A stretch of DNA of 64,000 nucleotides from Epithemia pelagica (lineage: Eukaryota; Protista; Bacillariophyta). The notes under the pieces were generated by a model. The model worked only from the letters and a program-made list of their open reading frames with translations, was not told the DNA's origin and ran no database searches. The DNA is taken from positions 1,488,001-1,552,000 of the forward strand of contig OX337242.1 in the NCBI GenBank assembly GCA_946965045.2, given 5' to 3'. The position numbers and the translations under genes are program-made. Positions 61,670-64,000 of this stretch are shown in pieces. Numbering within the stretch: the first letter of the stretch is position 1; the number at the start of each line of letters is the position of its first letter.

Positions 61670-63139
61670 GTGATGTGCCAACTAACACATGATTTGTCAA
61701 CGACGCCAGAGACAATGTCTGTATTTGATCGGTTGTATATGGATGCCAGGAAGCGAGTTGACCGAAGATCACATATTTTATCAATGGCCACAAGGTCAGA
61801 AGCGATTCGTGGAAAGACCTATGCATTGTCAGGGTCAATATCACTGAACTCTAGACCATTGTGTGCTGCTCCACCAGTTCATCGAACAAGAGCAGAAGAG
61901 TCGAACAAGAGCAGTAGAAAAGAAACAAACGAGAGAGTGACCCTGGAGGACATTCGTCCACAGCTGCACTCGTGTGAAAATTTGAACGTTGCCATTCACA
62001 ACAGTGACAGAGAGCAAAGCAGAGAAAGTTCGACTGATGGATCTCCAGGTGTCCTGTCAAGAACCGCTCTCGAAGGTGATTCATTTCGAGAACACGTCAA
62101 AATTTTGTCCACTGATGGTTCAATAAGCTCGTTAGGCAGGGAAAGTGGAACCCGTACCTTTCCTTTGCCTTTCGAGGACAGACACGATGATCCTAGCGAC
62201 ATGAGTCAATCAATTCCATTGAAAGGCCTTCTTGCAGCTGTTGAGCACGGAACTGTTGAACTGAGAAAAAAGTGCATTAAATGGCTCACTCAACCACATG
62301 ACTCACCATCAGAGGAAACAAGAAGTGGTGATGATTGCGCTTCAACTTTTCTCCAGACAGAACACAAATTTCAAAGGACAACCGCAGAATGCAGGCATTA
62401 CAGTGGGAAAGAATCTGAGTCCTCTCGTGCCCAGAATGTACTTGAGGTTATAGAGCCGCCCAGACCAATGCCCAGCTTTCAGAAAGCTGCAGATGATAGC
62501 CTTTGTGAAAGTTCTAATGCAAGCTTCAAATTGAAAGAAGAAACCACCTGTGAATCTGACCAAGAGAAGAATCCTTCTTGCTCAATTACAAGCGCCACAA
62601 GACGACGAAACGTGGAGAACAAAGTGAAACACGTAAAGATGAATGAGCTTTCTTCCAGTTCAGTGAGATATAAAATGACTGATGCCGAACCACACGATGT
62701 GGAGCAGAGAGATGAAATCTCCTCGAAGCTTTCGTCATTGGATTCGTTGCGGTCATCAGAATCGGCAATACGTGGTCCATTGCTCCTTTCCGACCAAAGC
62801 CTCCGTCGCTATAGGCGCAGCGGAAGAAAAAAGAGTTATACCGTTCTGTCCAAAACAACATCCGAAGAACGACGACGATTCCTTTCTTTGTCCAATCCTC
62901 CGGCAATGAATGGTGAGAATGGTGATTCGTCTGCACCAGCATTCGAAAGGTTGTACCGCAACGAATATGCATGCAGTGCCAGCCGACACCAACGCAATCC
63001 ACCGAAAATATTGTCCCCCAACGCTACACTATCTCGACGTCTGAACTATCGGCCTTCTGTGACCCAAATGAAACACGATGCGTTTCACCGCAAGCATGGA
63101 ACAACCGCCAAAGATGCAAATGAAGCTTCCTCATTATAG
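61670..63139 (+). CDS. Unknown Ser/Arg-rich disordered protein with VFDRLY / AFERLY motifs
   Basis: 489-aa ATG ORF. Confidence 0.65.
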   Translation: MMCQLTHDLSTTPETMSVFDRLYMDARKRVDRRSHILSMATRSEAIRGKTYALSGSISLNSRPLCAAPPVHRTRAEESNKSSRKETNERVTLEDIRPQLHSCENLNVAIHNSDREQSRESSTDGSPGVLSRTALEGDSFREHVKILSTDGSISSLGRESGTRTFPLPFEDRHDDPSDMSQSIPLKGLLAAVEHGTVELRKKCIKWLTQPHDSPSEETRSGDDCASTFLQTEHKFQRTTAECRHYSGKESESSRAQNVLEVIEPPRPMPSFQKAADDSLCESSNASFKLKEETTCESDQEKNPSCSITSATRRRNVENKVKHVKMNELSSSSVRYKMTDAEPHDVEQRDEISSKLSSLDSLRSSESAIRGPLLLSDQSLRRYRRSGRKKSYTVLSKTTSEERRRFLSLSNPPAMNGENGDSSAPAFERLYRNEYACSASRHQRNPPKILSPNATLSRRLNYRPSVTQMKHDAFHRKHGTTAKDANEASSL

Positions 63140-64000
63140 GCGAGAAGACATATCAAGGTCCGCGAACCACGATAGTCGAATGAGGCTGAGGCAAAGCCGA
63201 AATATATAGCAGTTTATGGATGATCGCTTATCTGAGGCGACGTTCTCTTTTGACAAACGATAGGAGCAAAAACACGGAATGTGGTACAAACTCGCCGAGG
63301 CAAGCAGAAAACATGAAACAATAGTCGCACGGTATTAACGAGTCGACTCCAAGTGATCTTTCGAACGATGAAGATAAATGCTTTCGATACGCGAGCGGCC
63401 GCCTTTTACCGGAACGATGTTTGTCCTCTGTTTCGTAACTTTTTCGCTCTCTTTTCGCGTCGAAAACCATGTAGACTTCTCGGCTTTGGCACGGTCGTCA
63501 CCATTTCAGTTCCTCGACGAATTAAGCAACTTGACCCGAGCTCGTCCGACAGCGAGTTGAACGTCGTTTCATCCACGACCGACCACAATGAAATTTAATT
63601 AAAAGCAATCATGGATCAAGGCACCACACGGTAGTCGTGCGCCGCGGTTTAGGATAACTGTGATGGACCGATTTGTACTATTGAAAGAATTCCGACTCAA
63701 TTGCTGGCCTCCCGGCTTTGGCCTTTGTGCGATGCTAGGACATATTTTTTCTCGATCGTTAGTGCTACAGACAATGTGAGCATTAGATTGCCTCCCCTCA
63801 CAGATGCTACCCAACGGAAAGTTTCGGAATCACGCTTGATGATGGCCTAAATCGAAACATTTTGTGGGTCCCGATCTTGAATAATTGTTCACATTGAGAT
63901 GGAGCACGCAGCACGCTCCATGCGAGGGCGTCTTCTATGTAGGCGCAGTCGCACTTCTAAATACTCCAAATCCATTCCGAAAGCAAGACCAAACAATCCG

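Overview
Eukaryotic nuclear DNA, most likely from a pennate diatom. This is inferred from the compact genes, rare GT-AG introns, a bipartite plastid signal, DUF6824-like motifs and a CoDi-type Copia element. Host genes: an ammonium transporter (frameshifted), a MYCBP2-like RING/RCR + FBA-lectin + tail-anchor gene (two lesions), a TspO-like membrane protein, an Mx-like dynamin, ABCB7/ATM1, a double DUF6824-like protein, a chalcone-isomerase-like protein, a zinc-finger-less ZC3H15/DFRP1, a C14-sterol reductase, a TL29/APX4-like lumen protein, importin alpha and several unknowns. Roughly 45% of the window is mobile DNA. (i) About 4.2-10.6 kb is a two-gene putative DDE transposon with structured repeats. 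(ii) A 534-bp PIF/Harbinger-type MITE. (iii) A two-ORF CRE-like RLE non-LTR retrotransposon interrupted by an intact, very young 8.4-kb Copia (with an extra ORF and a tRNA-half-type PBS) and by a 640-bp hAT MITE; removing both insertions restores the ORF2 frame across both junctions. (iv) A 5.5-kb MULE-like TIR element with no recognisable transposase that carries a USP-like protease + PARP-type zinc finger gene. The most promising novel items are the RCR-FBA-TM fusion, the USP/zf-PARP cargo element, the fixed-geometry palindrome triplet and the tRNA-Asn-half primer site. All family assignments are by motif recognition from memory; no searches were run.
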